The notes under the pieces: model-generated
Seen by the model: the letters and a program-made list of their open reading frames with translations, nothing else
Told to the model about the DNA's origin: nothing
Database searches by the model: none
IMG/VR virus record: IMGVR_UViG_3300032236_000737
Coordinates: 1 to 63,801 of that record
Length of the DNA stretch: 63,801 bases
From: a virus
Taxonomy: Duplodnaviria > Caudoviricetes
Direction: 5' to 3' (one strand)
In this document: positions 8,952-17,748 of the stretch, piece after piece
How the letters are laid out: every line of letters begins with the position of its first letter
Position numbering within the stretch: the first letter of the stretch is position 1
Made by a program: the position numbers and the translations under genes

Positions 8952-9505
8952 TGCCCGTCTATCTAATCAAACCCTTGCATAAGAAAAGCATTTGCTGGCA
9001 TATTGAAATGTTCCGGGAAAATGCAGACGGTACAATTAGCTGGGTCAATGTCGATGATCACTATCGTTGGGGGCAAGGGTTTGTTGAAGAAGACATGGAT
9101 TGTAATTTGCCTTTAGAAGGCGATATACAAGCCCATGCCCGTACAGACTGTGGCTGGGGAGCAGAGCTAGATGACCAACATGCTTGTTGGTTTGAATTTA
9201 GTGATGATATTACTGAAGAAGAACAAGAGCATATTAAAAAATGCTACTTAGAAAGTGATCCGGACGATGAAGACGGTCGTGGAGGTGCCGCTTGGCTATT
9301 TGACGGCGCTCATGATTGGCAAGTTGAAGATGATTACTTGATAATAGATGCTCCTTATCAAGTTAGTCTGTGTGCAGATGACGGCGAGATTATTACAGAA
9401 AATGTTAAACTCCGCACCCGTGAGGAATTAGTAGAAGCCGCACGTAAATGGCAGGAAGAAAATAAAAGTAATAACTGGCCATTTGGTCCGGAAAATGCGG
9501 AATAA
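8951..9505 (+). CDS. highly acidic hypothetical protein, probable paralog of 8448..8951
   Basis: Shares KKS, R[YW]G..VE, CW..., TEEE.E.I and CAD motifs with the upstream gene. Confidence 0.7.
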   Translation: MPVYLIKPLHKKSICWHIEMFRENADGTISWVNVDDHYRWGQGFVEEDMDCNLPLEGDIQAHARTDCGWGAELDDQHACWFEFSDDITEEEQEHIKKCYLESDPDDEDGRGGAAWLFDGAHDWQVEDDYLIIDAPYQVSLCADDGEIITENVKLRTREELVEAARKWQEENKSNNWPFGPENAE

Positions 9506-9543
9506 ATACATACATTACTCAAGTGCCTTCGGGGCTGAGTAAT
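9503..9543 (+). promoter_or_regulatory. TAAATA late-promoter box followed by a UUCG-capped leader hairpin
   Basis: TAAATA at 9503-9508; ATTACTCA...CC-TTCG-GG...TGAGTAAT at 9514-9543; AAGGAG SD follows. Confidence 0.5.
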
Positions 9544-9559
9544 ATCAAGGAGAAAAAAT

Positions 9560-10039
9560 ATGACAGAAATACACGCCAAGCCTATTGTGGATGGTAAATT
9601 TTGGATTGTAGAACAGGACGGTGAAAAAGTCGCTACTCTACAAAAGAAAGAAAACAACAAGTTTATTCTCAGTAGCACCACTGGGGAAGTAATGTTTAAC
9701 AAAAAGGACGACCTTACTAAGCAATTTGGTAAAGGATTTTTCCTTAACAGCCTTAAAGTCAAAGTTACACAAGACGATCCACACGAATGTCATGGATTTG
9801 CAACTAGTGTAAAACCATACAATGCAATGTATGACGTAAGACGCAAACTTCCATTGTTTACAAAAAGCAATCAAAGTAAAAGTTTGTATTGTGCAGGGTA
9901 TTATATTATTAAATTCAACAAAGGTTGGGTTAAGAGCTTTTGCCCTAAAGTAATTACGTTAGAACGCAATGAGTATCGCGGACCGTTTAAGACTGAGTTT
10001 GAAATGAAACAGGTACTTGCTAATGCAAAATCAGATTAA
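9560..10039 (+). CDS. conserved phage hypothetical protein
   Basis: 159-aa ORF with SD; SKSLYCAGYY...CPK motif. Confidence 0.7.
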   Translation: MTEIHAKPIVDGKFWIVEQDGEKVATLQKKENNKFILSSTTGEVMFNKKDDLTKQFGKGFFLNSLKVKVTQDDPHECHGFATSVKPYNAMYDVRRKLPLFTKSNQSKSLYCAGYYIIKFNKGWVKSFCPKVITLERNEYRGPFKTEFEMKQVLANAKSD

Positions 10040-10268
10040 TCTAACACCTATTACACAATACTCGCAACTGCTAAAAGCGGCCGAGCTTGCACAACAGAAA
10101 GAGGTTAAAATACCTATTCAGCAGGCTCGACTGCTTAGTCTTGCTTTATTGGAAATACAAGATAAGTTAATACAAGACTACGAGAGTATGTATAATCAAC
10201 TTAAACAAACTGTTGAAACAGAGGTTGTTACAGTTGAATTAGACGGCGGAACGTTTGACGACAAATAA
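10023..10268 (+). CDS. hypothetical protein
   Basis: Overlaps the upstream gene; helical sequence ending LDGGTF. Confidence 0.6.
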   Translation: MQNQINLTPITQYSQLLKAAELAQQKEVKIPIQQARLLSLALLEIQDKLIQDYESMYNQLKQTVETEVVTVELDGGTFDDK

Positions 10269-10303
10269 GCTAAATATATGCGTACTTTATTCGGATACGC
10301 ATC

Positions 10304-10588
10304 ATGTCAAGACCAAAGCCAAAAATACTGTTAGAAAGCATTAATAAAAAAACGTACAAAGCCGAGCAAATTTTAGAAGCGGAAGCCATTTGGGCTGTGT
10401 TTTATAAAAATGAGCCGTTTAATCTAAAAAGCTTCAATAGTCTAACCTCATACCCTGGTCCTAAATACAAGAAAGTTTCATTTAGTAATCCTGGCCATGC
10501 TCATAATTTGGCTAAGAAATTAAATCAAACTTTCAATACAGACGACTTTCAAGTTGTGATGTTAACGCAAGGCACTATTATAAAATGA
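10304..10588 (+). CDS. small basic protein, possible DNA-binding regulator
   Basis: 94 aa, Lys-rich; preceded by TAAATA (10271-10276) and an ATGCGTA/TACGCAT inverted repeat. Confidence 0.65.
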   Translation: MSRPKPKILLESINKKTYKAEQILEAEAIWAVFYKNEPFNLKSFNSLTSYPGPKYKKVSFSNPGHAHNLAKKLNQTFNTDDFQVVMLTQGTIIK

Positions 10589-10992
10589 TAACACGCGATG
10601 CCCTTACTAAGATTTTTTTACAGCAATGGGGCAAAACTATAGACGATGCAAATGTTAAAATATTTGGTCGTAAATGGTGGCAAAGTACTAGAGCAGGTAA
10701 ACAAACTAACTTCCGTCTAAGCGAAGAAGGTTATGAATTTTTGGTTAGTGAATTGGAATTAAAAGAGTACGAGATTCCATTTACCGAACCGATTGAACTA
10801 AGTCCCCAAACTATTATATTTTTGGAAAGGTATGTGGATTGTCCATATTACTTAACTCCAATGTCAATTACAGTATTCTCAGAACGCAAAGGTTTTGAGC
10901 TAATGTTGTTTTCGGACGACATTAGAAAATTTGGTTTAATTAAAGCTATGAATGAGCGAGAAAAAGAACTCGCAAGCACAGATAACAGTTGA
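10585..10992 (+). CDS. hypothetical protein
   Basis: ATGA overlap; RLSEEGYEFL motif suggests a winged-helix wing. Confidence 0.65.
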   Translation: MITRDALTKIFLQQWGKTIDDANVKIFGRKWWQSTRAGKQTNFRLSEEGYEFLVSELELKEYEIPFTEPIELSPQTIIFLERYVDCPYYLTPMSITVFSERKGFELMLFSDDIRKFGLIKAMNEREKELASTDNS

Positions 10993-11017
10993 CATAGACC
11001 TTTATTTCCTATACAAT
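10989..11017 (+). promoter_or_regulatory. sigma70-type early promoter for the MoxR ATPase
   Basis: TTGACA-N17-TACAAT. Confidence 0.7.
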
Positions 11018-11070
11018 ACATACTTACACAGCGTTATTCTAAATAACATTTTTTTAAGATAGGAAGTAAC

Positions 11071-12159
11071 ATGCCAGAAATTGTCAGTCGTACAGTAGGC
11101 CCTAATGGCGCCAAAAAAGCTCTTCGCAAAGCATTTAAAAATAAGCGTCCAATTTTCCTTTGGGGCCCTCCAGGTATTGGCAAATCAGACATTATTAAAC
11201 AGTTGGGTACAGAATCCGAAGCTCACGTAATTGATGTACGTTTGAGCTTGTGGGAACCTACTGACATTAAAGGTATTCCATATTTCGATTCCAACGACGG
11301 CACAATGCGTTGGGCACCTCCAAGCGAATTGCCTAGCCAAGAGCTAGCAAATCAGCATAATCAAATCATCCTGTTCTTGGACGAAATGAACTCTGCGGCT
11401 CCTGCTGTACAAGCGGCCGCTTATCAACTTATTCTTAACCGCCGTGTAGGTACATATCACTTGCCAGACAATGTCGTGCTAGTTGCGGCTGGTAACCGTG
11501 AGACTGACAAAGGTGTTACATTCCGTATGCCTGCTCCGTTGGCTAACCGTTTTGTTCACTTGGAAATGCAAGTTGACTGGGACGACTACTTTGAATGGGC
11601 TGTTGACAACAAAGTACACCAAGACGTTATTGGTTTCTTGTCATTCAGTAAAAAGTCGCTTTACGACTTTGATCCAAAGAGCTCAAGCCGTGCGTTTGCT
11701 ACTCCACGTTCTTGGTCATTTGTAAGCGAATTGCTTACAGACAACGATGTGGATACAGACACACTAACTGATTTGGTTTCAGGCTCAGTTGGTGAAGGTT
11801 TGGCAGTTAGCTTTATGGCACACCGTAAAGTTGCATCAAAGATGCCTAACCCAAGCGATATTTTGAGTGGCAAAGTTAAAAAGATGGACTCAAAAGAAAT
11901 TTCAGCTATGTACTCACTTACTATTAGTTTGTGCTACGAGTTGAAGGATGCTTGCGACAAACACGCTAAAAACTGGAATGACCAAGTTAACTACTTCTTC
12001 GAATTTATGATGAATAACTTCGAAACAGAATTGGTTATTATGGGTACTAAGGTTGCGTTGAGTCAATACAAGTTGCCATTGGATCCAGACGAAATTAAGT
12101 GTTTCGACGACTTCCATAGCAAGTACGGTAAGTACATTAGCGCCGCAACTGAAAAGTAA
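11071..12159 (+). CDS. MoxR-like AAA+ ATPase
   Basis: Walker A GPPGIGKS, Walker B LFLDEMN, AAGNR, arginine finger PLANRF, and TPRSW. Confidence 0.9.
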   Translation: MPEIVSRTVGPNGAKKALRKAFKNKRPIFLWGPPGIGKSDIIKQLGTESEAHVIDVRLSLWEPTDIKGIPYFDSNDGTMRWAPPSELPSQELANQHNQIILFLDEMNSAAPAVQAAAYQLILNRRVGTYHLPDNVVLVAAGNRETDKGVTFRMPAPLANRFVHLEMQVDWDDYFEWAVDNKVHQDVIGFLSFSKKSLYDFDPKSSSRAFATPRSWSFVSELLTDNDVDTDTLTDLVSGSVGEGLAVSFMAHRKVASKMPNPSDILSGKVKKMDSKEISAMYSLTISLCYELKDACDKHAKNWNDQVNYFFEFMMNNFETELVIMGTKVALSQYKLPLDPDEIKCFDDFHSKYGKYISAATEK

Positions 12160-12175
12160 TTCGGTTTAAGGCTAT

Positions 12176-12204
12176 TTGACACCACCTTCGGGTGGTGTTA
12201 TAAT
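12176..12204 (+). promoter_or_regulatory. perfect-consensus sigma70 promoter whose -35 box and spacer form a UUCG hairpin
   Basis: TTGACA-N17-TATAAT; 10-bp stem TGACACCACC-TTCG-GGTGGTGTTA. Confidence 0.75.
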
Positions 12205-12229
12205 ATATACATATAGTAAAGGAGCTTCT

Positions 12230-13417
12230 GTGGCACATACCGATCCAATTATTGACAAAATCATCGTAGCCCGTGTGGGTCTACTACTTCGCCATCCTTT
12301 CTTTGGTAACATGGCTACACGCCTAAAAATTGAAGAAGGTTCAGAATGGATGGGCACCGCGGCAACAGACGGTCGCACCATTTTCTTTAATCGCAAATTT
12401 TTCGAACCACTTACAATTAAACAAGTAGAGTTCGTTATTGCTCACGAAATTTTGCACAATGTTTTCGATCATATGAGTCGTCGTGAACAACGCAATCCGC
12501 GTATTTTTAACATTGCCGCTGACTATTGCGTTAACGGACAAATTGTGCGCGATCGTATTGGTGATCACAATATCGAAGGCATTACAATCTTCCATGACCA
12601 AAAGTACTACGGTATGGGTGCTGAAGAAATCTATGATAAGATTTTTGACGAAATGGACGAAGAGGAACTTAACCAGTTGGGTCAACTATTGGACGACCAC
12701 ATTGACTGGGGTGAAGATGGTAAGGGCAATGGTCAGCCAAAATACTCTAAAGAAGAACTAAAACAAATTCGTGACGAAATTCGCGAAGCTACTATGCAAG
12801 CCGCTCAAGCGGCGGGTGCGGGTAATACACCTGCTAGTGTACAGCGTATGATTAAGGACTTAACAGAGCCTAAGATGAACTGGCGTGAAATCTTGCGTCA
12901 GCAAATCCAAAGCACTATTAAGAACGACTTTACATTCATTCGTCCTAACCGCAAGGGCTGGCACATGAATGCAATTTTGCCAGGTCAACAGTTTCAAGAA
13001 ACTATCGACATTTGCGTTTCAATCGACATGTCAGGTTCCATTGGTGACGAACAAGCAAAAGATTTCTTAACAGAGATTAAAGGCATTATGCAAGAGTACC
13101 GAGACTTTAAAATTAAAGTATGGTGCTTTGATACTAAAGTTTACAATGAACAAGACTTCGACGGCTACAGCATGGACGAGTTTGACAACTACCAACCAAT
13201 GGGCGGTGGTGGTACTGAGTTTGATGCTAACTGGGAATACATGAAGGAAAATGATATTCAACCTAAAAAGTTTATCATGTTCACCGACGGTTATCCTTGG
13301 GGCAGTTGGGGTGATGAAAACTACTGTGATACAGTATTCATTATTCACGGTAATGATAAAATTGTTCCTCCATTTGGAGAGTACGCATATTACGAAGCTA
13401 TCAAGGAACACGCTTAA
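12230..13417 (+). CDS. HEXXH metallopeptidase-like + vWA domain protein (DUF2201-like), MoxR partner
   Basis: GTG start after AAGGAG; TAATDG, AHEILH, NIAAD; MIDAS-like DMSGS, GGGGTEF and FTDG. Confidence 0.85.
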   Translation: MAHTDPIIDKIIVARVGLLLRHPFFGNMATRLKIEEGSEWMGTAATDGRTIFFNRKFFEPLTIKQVEFVIAHEILHNVFDHMSRREQRNPRIFNIAADYCVNGQIVRDRIGDHNIEGITIFHDQKYYGMGAEEIYDKIFDEMDEEELNQLGQLLDDHIDWGEDGKGNGQPKYSKEELKQIRDEIREATMQAAQAAGAGNTPASVQRMIKDLTEPKMNWREILRQQIQSTIKNDFTFIRPNRKGWHMNAILPGQQFQETIDICVSIDMSGSIGDEQAKDFLTEIKGIMQEYRDFKIKVWCFDTKVYNEQDFDGYSMDEFDNYQPMGGGGTEFDANWEYMKENDIQPKKFIMFTDGYPWGSWGDENYCDTVFIIHGNDKIVPPFGEYAYYEAIKEHA

Positions 13418-13704
13418 TGGCATTAAAGAACGGCAAACCCAATCCTTTAGATTATTACAACCTACGTAGGGTCGAGTTTGCCTGCCCGCATTTTAAATAT
13501 ACAAGTATTGACAAATACAACCCAACTGTAGTCAAATCCGTCGATGCTTGGATACGCAAGAATCTAAATAATAGGTATTATGTAGGACAGGGAATTACCT
13601 TAGATAATACCAACACCTTAGTGTATAACACCCGTATTGGTTTCGAATCCGAGAAGGAACTAAGTTTTTTCACGATTGCCTGTCCTCTATTACAGACTAG
13701 ATAA
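13417..13704 (+). CDS. hypothetical protein
   Basis: TAATG overlap; IGFESEKELSFF motif. Confidence 0.65.
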   Translation: MALKNGKPNPLDYYNLRRVEFACPHFKYTSIDKYNPTVVKSVDAWIRKNLNNRYYVGQGITLDNTNTLVYNTRIGFESEKELSFFTIACPLLQTR

Positions 13705-13730
13705 TTATATTAGTACTTTAAGGAGACACT

Positions 13731-13982
13731 ATGACTGATACCGTACAGCAAAATACAGGAGCCGAATCTGCACCAGATGCGGCACAACAAAACAACGAAT
13801 TGACCATCAACGATTTACAATCATTAAAAGTAATCATTGATATTGCTAGCTCACGTGGCGCATTTAAGCCTAACGAAATGGTAGCAGTTGGTCAAGCATA
13901 CAATAAGCTAGATGCATTCTTAGCTAACATTGCAAAACAAGCAGAAGCACAAAAAGCAGCCGCAGGCGCAACAGGAGCTTAA
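13731..13982 (+). CDS. hypothetical protein
   Basis: AAGGAG SD; IIDIASSRGAFKPNEM core. Confidence 0.7.
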   Translation: MTDTVQQNTGAESAPDAAQQNNELTINDLQSLKVIIDIASSRGAFKPNEMVAVGQAYNKLDAFLANIAKQAEAQKAAAGATGA

Positions 13983-13983
13983 T

Positions 13984-14595
13984 ATGGCCGAATTAAAACA
14001 TGTGGCCCGTGTTAAGGCTACTAACAAAAAATGTGTAGTAGTTTATCGCACGTTGCCAGGTGATGCACATCATTGCCTAATTGTACCAACAGAAAATATG
14101 CCAGACATCTATCACGATGCTCTTATTAATCTAGTAGAAAGTGGCTCTGGTCAAGATGCATATGAATTTGCAGACGCATTAGACCGCACTCAATTTCCGG
14201 ATGGTAGCAACATGCTCCGCTGGCTACATGGAAACGGTCGCTTAATTAAAGCTCAAACTGGCGAAATTGAAATGACTCCAACCACTGCTTACAGCATTTT
14301 ATTGTCTGAATTAAATCAGATTATTGCTGAACAGCGCGGAGTTGCAGTTGACGATTTGTCTATCAAATCAAATACTCCAGAAAAATCAGAAGCTCGTCCA
14401 CTAAGCGAAATGGATAAAGAAACTGCTACAGTTACACAAGAAGTTGCAACTCCAGCAATCGCTACTCCAACATCGTTTGATAGCCCAGAAGCTGAAGCAA
14501 AGTACTATCGCAGTCAAGCAGATAAACTTAGCAAGGAAGCGGCTAACTTCCGCCGTAAAGCAGAGGAATTGGCTCCGACCAAGAAGAAAGAATAG
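13984..14595 (+). CDS. hypothetical protein
   Basis: Start MAELKH at 13984 after AGGAG. Confidence 0.7.
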   Translation: MAELKHVARVKATNKKCVVVYRTLPGDAHHCLIVPTENMPDIYHDALINLVESGSGQDAYEFADALDRTQFPDGSNMLRWLHGNGRLIKAQTGEIEMTPTTAYSILLSELNQIIAEQRGVAVDDLSIKSNTPEKSEARPLSEMDKETATVTQEVATPAIATPTSFDSPEAEAKYYRSQADKLSKEAANFRRKAEELAPTKKKE

Positions 14596-14915
14596 TGACT
14601 AACTCGGGAAGACATCTTCCCAAGGAAGTCATTGAGCATTGGCCAGAGGTATTCGAAGATGTACGGTTAAATTCTGTACCCATGGAATATCTTAATACCG
14701 TACTGATCAATTTTAAAGATGGCAAGACTTGGGAAATCAAAATAACACAGCAGACAAAGCGTAATGGATGGGGTGCCTTTGAACGAAGTTTGTCAGAACT
14801 TTGTAAAAATTACGAAACTAAGATTAGTGATATTGATTTTAAACTAGATACACATAAAGTTAAAAAAGATATAGAACGAAGTACACAAAAATTTTTAAAG
14901 AAAAAGAAGTTATAA
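14595..14915 (+). CDS. hypothetical protein
   Basis: GTG start overlapping the TAG stop; WPEVF motif. Confidence 0.65.
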   Translation: MTNSGRHLPKEVIEHWPEVFEDVRLNSVPMEYLNTVLINFKDGKTWEIKITQQTKRNGWGAFERSLSELCKNYETKISDIDFKLDTHKVKKDIERSTQKFLKKKKL

Positions 14916-15605
14916 ATGAATGTCAAATTACTCAGTTACAGCCAGCCAACAGAAGAATTTGCTAATATGGGCATTGATGATGCGCAGGAACTTATTGCGT
15001 ACTGTGCCCGTGTGTCCAATCCTTCCAATCAGCTTAACACCGAAACAAGCGAAAAACTCATCAAGTACTTGGTCAAACACCAACACTGGTCACCACTCGA
15101 AATGGTGTCAGCTTGCTTGGAAATTACGACAACAAGAGATATTGCAAGACAAATCTTGCGACATAGAAGCTTCTCCTTTCAAGAGTTTTCCCAACGTTAC
15201 GCTGACCCAACGGCAGAGCTCGATGATGCGTTTACTTTACGAGAAGCAAGATTCCAGGACACTAAAAATAGACAGAATAGCGTAGAGTTTGATCAGTCTG
15301 ACGAAGCGCAACGCCTATTAGCAATCGAATGGGAACGTGCTCAGAAGCGTGTACTATTTGCAGTTAAACAAGAATATCAATGGGCTATTAAGAACGGTAT
15401 TGCTAAAGAACAAGCTCGTGCTGTATTGCCCGAAGGTCTTACTGTAAGCCGTTTATATATGAATGGAACTCTACGTAGTTGGGTTCACTTTATTGAATTA
15501 CGTAGTGCTAATGGTACGCAAAAAGAACATCAGCAAATTGCTATTGCTTGTGCAAAGGTGATATCTGAGATTTTTCCTTTAGCCAGCGATCTTGTAGCCA
15601 AGTAA
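14916..15605 (+). CDS. thyX: flavin-dependent thymidylate synthase
   Basis: HWSPLE, RHRSFSFQEFSQRY (ThyX signature) and EQARAVLP motifs. Confidence 0.95.
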   Translation: MNVKLLSYSQPTEEFANMGIDDAQELIAYCARVSNPSNQLNTETSEKLIKYLVKHQHWSPLEMVSACLEITTTRDIARQILRHRSFSFQEFSQRYADPTAELDDAFTLREARFQDTKNRQNSVEFDQSDEAQRLLAIEWERAQKRVLFAVKQEYQWAIKNGIAKEQARAVLPEGLTVSRLYMNGTLRSWVHFIELRSANGTQKEHQQIAIACAKVISEIFPLASDLVAK

Positions 15606-16233
15606 AATCATTTATTTTAGACAATGCCTCCGGATTGGAGGCATTTTTTTCTCCGTATACTTTTCCCTCGATTGCACCCATATATGCATATCCGCCAAAC
15701 GGAACATTATTATTTAACTGACACCAAAAATAAAGTCTAGACAAAGACTCTTCATTATTTGTTACAGCTAGTTTACAGCACTCTCTAAAAGAACTTCTCC
15801 ATGTACTATATGCATCAGTATTGAATGCCGTGATATTGCTAACTTCATCTATTACTTTAAAACTTTCACTAATGTTTGTAGTCATATCTATCGAAGATGT
15901 ATCCATATTCATAGTAAGATGTTTTGGCAACAATTTAACTCCGCCGTATCCATAAGTTAAGTTATTAACAGGATTACGGCTTTGCCAAACATGTACAGTT
16001 TCTAAATCCCATTCGGGCACTTGATAATCAAAGTTAAAAGAATCTAGTATAACAGCATCTGCATCGACTACCCAAAACATTTTAGTAAATGCTTTTTTGG
16101 CGGCAGCTATGTGTGCTTGATGTATGCCTTTTACTCCGCTTATACGTTTAGCAAGAGGAAATCTTTCTTTTAACTTAGCAAAGTTTTCATCTGCATACGG
16201 TTCTTTGTAACTAATGAATACAATATCGTACAT
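15541..16233 (-). CDS. GT-A-like glycosyltransferase domain protein
   Basis: DIVFISYKEP, DxD in WVVDADA, YGYGGVKL and WRSSFRE motifs; paralog of the upstream gene. Confidence 0.6.
   Translation of the reverse strand: MYDIVFISYKEPYADENFAKLKERFPLAKRISGVKGIHQAHIAAAKKAFTKMFWVVDADAVILDSFNFDYQVPEWDLETVHVWQSRNPVNNLTYGYGGVKLLPKHLTMNMDTSSIDMTTNISESFKVIDEVSNITAFNTDAYSTWRSSFRECCKLAVTNNEESLSRLYFWCQLNNNVPFGGYAYMGAIEGKVYGEKNASNPEALSKINDFTWLQDRWLKEKSQISPLHKQ
15623..15651 (+). terminator. intrinsic terminator after thyX, embedded in the convergent gene
   Basis: AATGCCTCC-GGATT-GGAGGCATT followed by a T run. Confidence 0.7.
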
Positions 16234-17129
16234 TATCGTTTTGTTCTTCTGGGCAAGTTATGATAAACAGTTTTAAAAAACTTACTTCCGGCGCCGTCTA
16301 AATTAGCAATTTCTAAATCGCATTTATCTCTCAGTTCTTTTCCAAGGAAATTAATATAATCTGATTGTGTTGCAGTTGCGGCATTTTTATGTCTTGTTTC
16401 CCAGTAATTAGTTAACCAGTCAAAGTCTCGAACGTTACTATAATCCCAATCAGTACACATAGTCATATAACATCCTTCTCTTGCACCAAGTATACTGAAT
16501 ATGCCGTTTTCTACATCTGTACCGACACTAGACCAAATTAGCAATCTGTTATAATTTTGCCACCATATGTCTTTTAAATCTTTTGCCTTAGCACCTTGTA
16601 CTAAACACATCTTTACACCTTCGCGGAATCCTGCTCGCCATGCCTGGTGCGGAGTAGCGTTGGTAAAGCTCTCGCTGTAGCATTCATTAAATTGATAATA
16701 TCTTTCGTCAAAACAAAATTCAACACGCCCTTTATCATCAGTAGGATCCGAGTTTTCATGAGTTTTCATTTCGTTAACAAATTTACGTGTCCATAATTTT
16801 AAACCGCCGTTGCCGTACTTTAACCCGTTGATGTGTACATTGCCACACCAACTAAACACATTTTCTTCTGTAAATTTAACACCGTCTAGTTCTATTTCAA
16901 CTTCTAAATATTTAGGATCAATGATATTGTCGCCGTCTACAGTGGTAAAATATTCGGTTTCACTGAGTGCGGCGCAGGCTTTGTGTGCGGCATCACTACC
17001 CTTAACTCCGTGTACACGTTTTGCCCAAGGCACTTTTGTTAATAAGTCTGCATAATTCTTTTCAGCATTGGGTTCGTCATAGCTGAGAAAAATAATATCT
17101 TGTTCTATTACCTTTATAATGTTACTCAT
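16233..17129 (-). CDS. GT-A-like glycosyltransferase domain protein
   Basis: DIIFLSYDEP, TVDGDN (DxD), YGNGGLKLW and AWRAGFREG motifs. Confidence 0.6.
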   Translation of the reverse strand: MSNIIKVIEQDIIFLSYDEPNAEKNYADLLTKVPWAKRVHGVKGSDAAHKACAALSETEYFTTVDGDNIIDPKYLEVEIELDGVKFTEENVFSWCGNVHINGLKYGNGGLKLWTRKFVNEMKTHENSDPTDDKGRVEFCFDERYYQFNECYSESFTNATPHQAWRAGFREGVKMCLVQGAKAKDLKDIWWQNYNRLLIWSSVGTDVENGIFSILGAREGCYMTMCTDWDYSNVRDFDWLTNYWETRHKNAATATQSDYINFLGKELRDKCDLEIANLDGAGSKFFKTVYHNLPRRTKR

Positions 17130-17748
17130 TCACTTTCCTTAATCCGTAGCTTTCTAAAACTAATTTAGTTGCTACACTAATCTTATCTATTTGAGATTCT
17201 ATCTCAGATTCAAACGGAAATCCGACACAATAGTTTTTAATTATTTGCTCTGAATCTATTACTATAGTTCTAATTAAAAAATCATAATCGCTTTCTAAAA
17301 TAATAAAAAATAATAATTTAGATTCCGATGCTCGATGTCCTAATCTAACTTTTGCATCAGGTGTTAAAAAGAAGTTCCATTCTTTTTTAACACTATTCCA
17401 TTCTACTACTAAATCTGTGTTTTTAGTCGGTACATCTGACACTAACTCTAACATTGTATTTTTAAAATAATACGCATGTTCTAGTTTAGGCATTAGTTTT
17501 AAAGTTGTTTTTTCTTCTTCTTTAACTAGCCCTAGTAAATAATCACTAAAACGTTCTCTGCCAGATACTAATCTTTCATATGTTTCAAAATCTACTTCGA
17601 CAAAATCTGTAAACTGCGAATTAGGTTCATTTGTAACAGACAATAACACTTTAGATATTTTATCATAATATGCAAAATATGTGCCAGTCAACACAGGAGC
17701 AGGAGGAACAAATTTTGATAGATCATTTTCTCTTTCAAACTCTTCCAT
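17122..17748 (-). CDS. hypothetical protein
   Basis: 208-aa ORF overlapping its neighbours in the operon. Confidence 0.65.
   Translation of the reverse strand: MEEFERENDLSKFVPPAPVLTGTYFAYYDKISKVLLSVTNEPNSQFTDFVEVDFETYERLVSGRERFSDYLLGLVKEEEKTTLKLMPKLEHAYYFKNTMLELVSDVPTKNTDLVVEWNSVKKEWNFFLTPDAKVRLGHRASESKLLFFIILESDYDFLIRTIVIDSEQIIKNYCVGFPFESEIESQIDKISVATKLVLESYGLRKVNE

Noticed and set aside
12176-12229. N-terminal extension of the vWA gene from TTG 12176 as given in the ORF track
   Set aside because: The TTG is the -35 box of a promoter; GTG 12230 has a proper AAGGAG SD.
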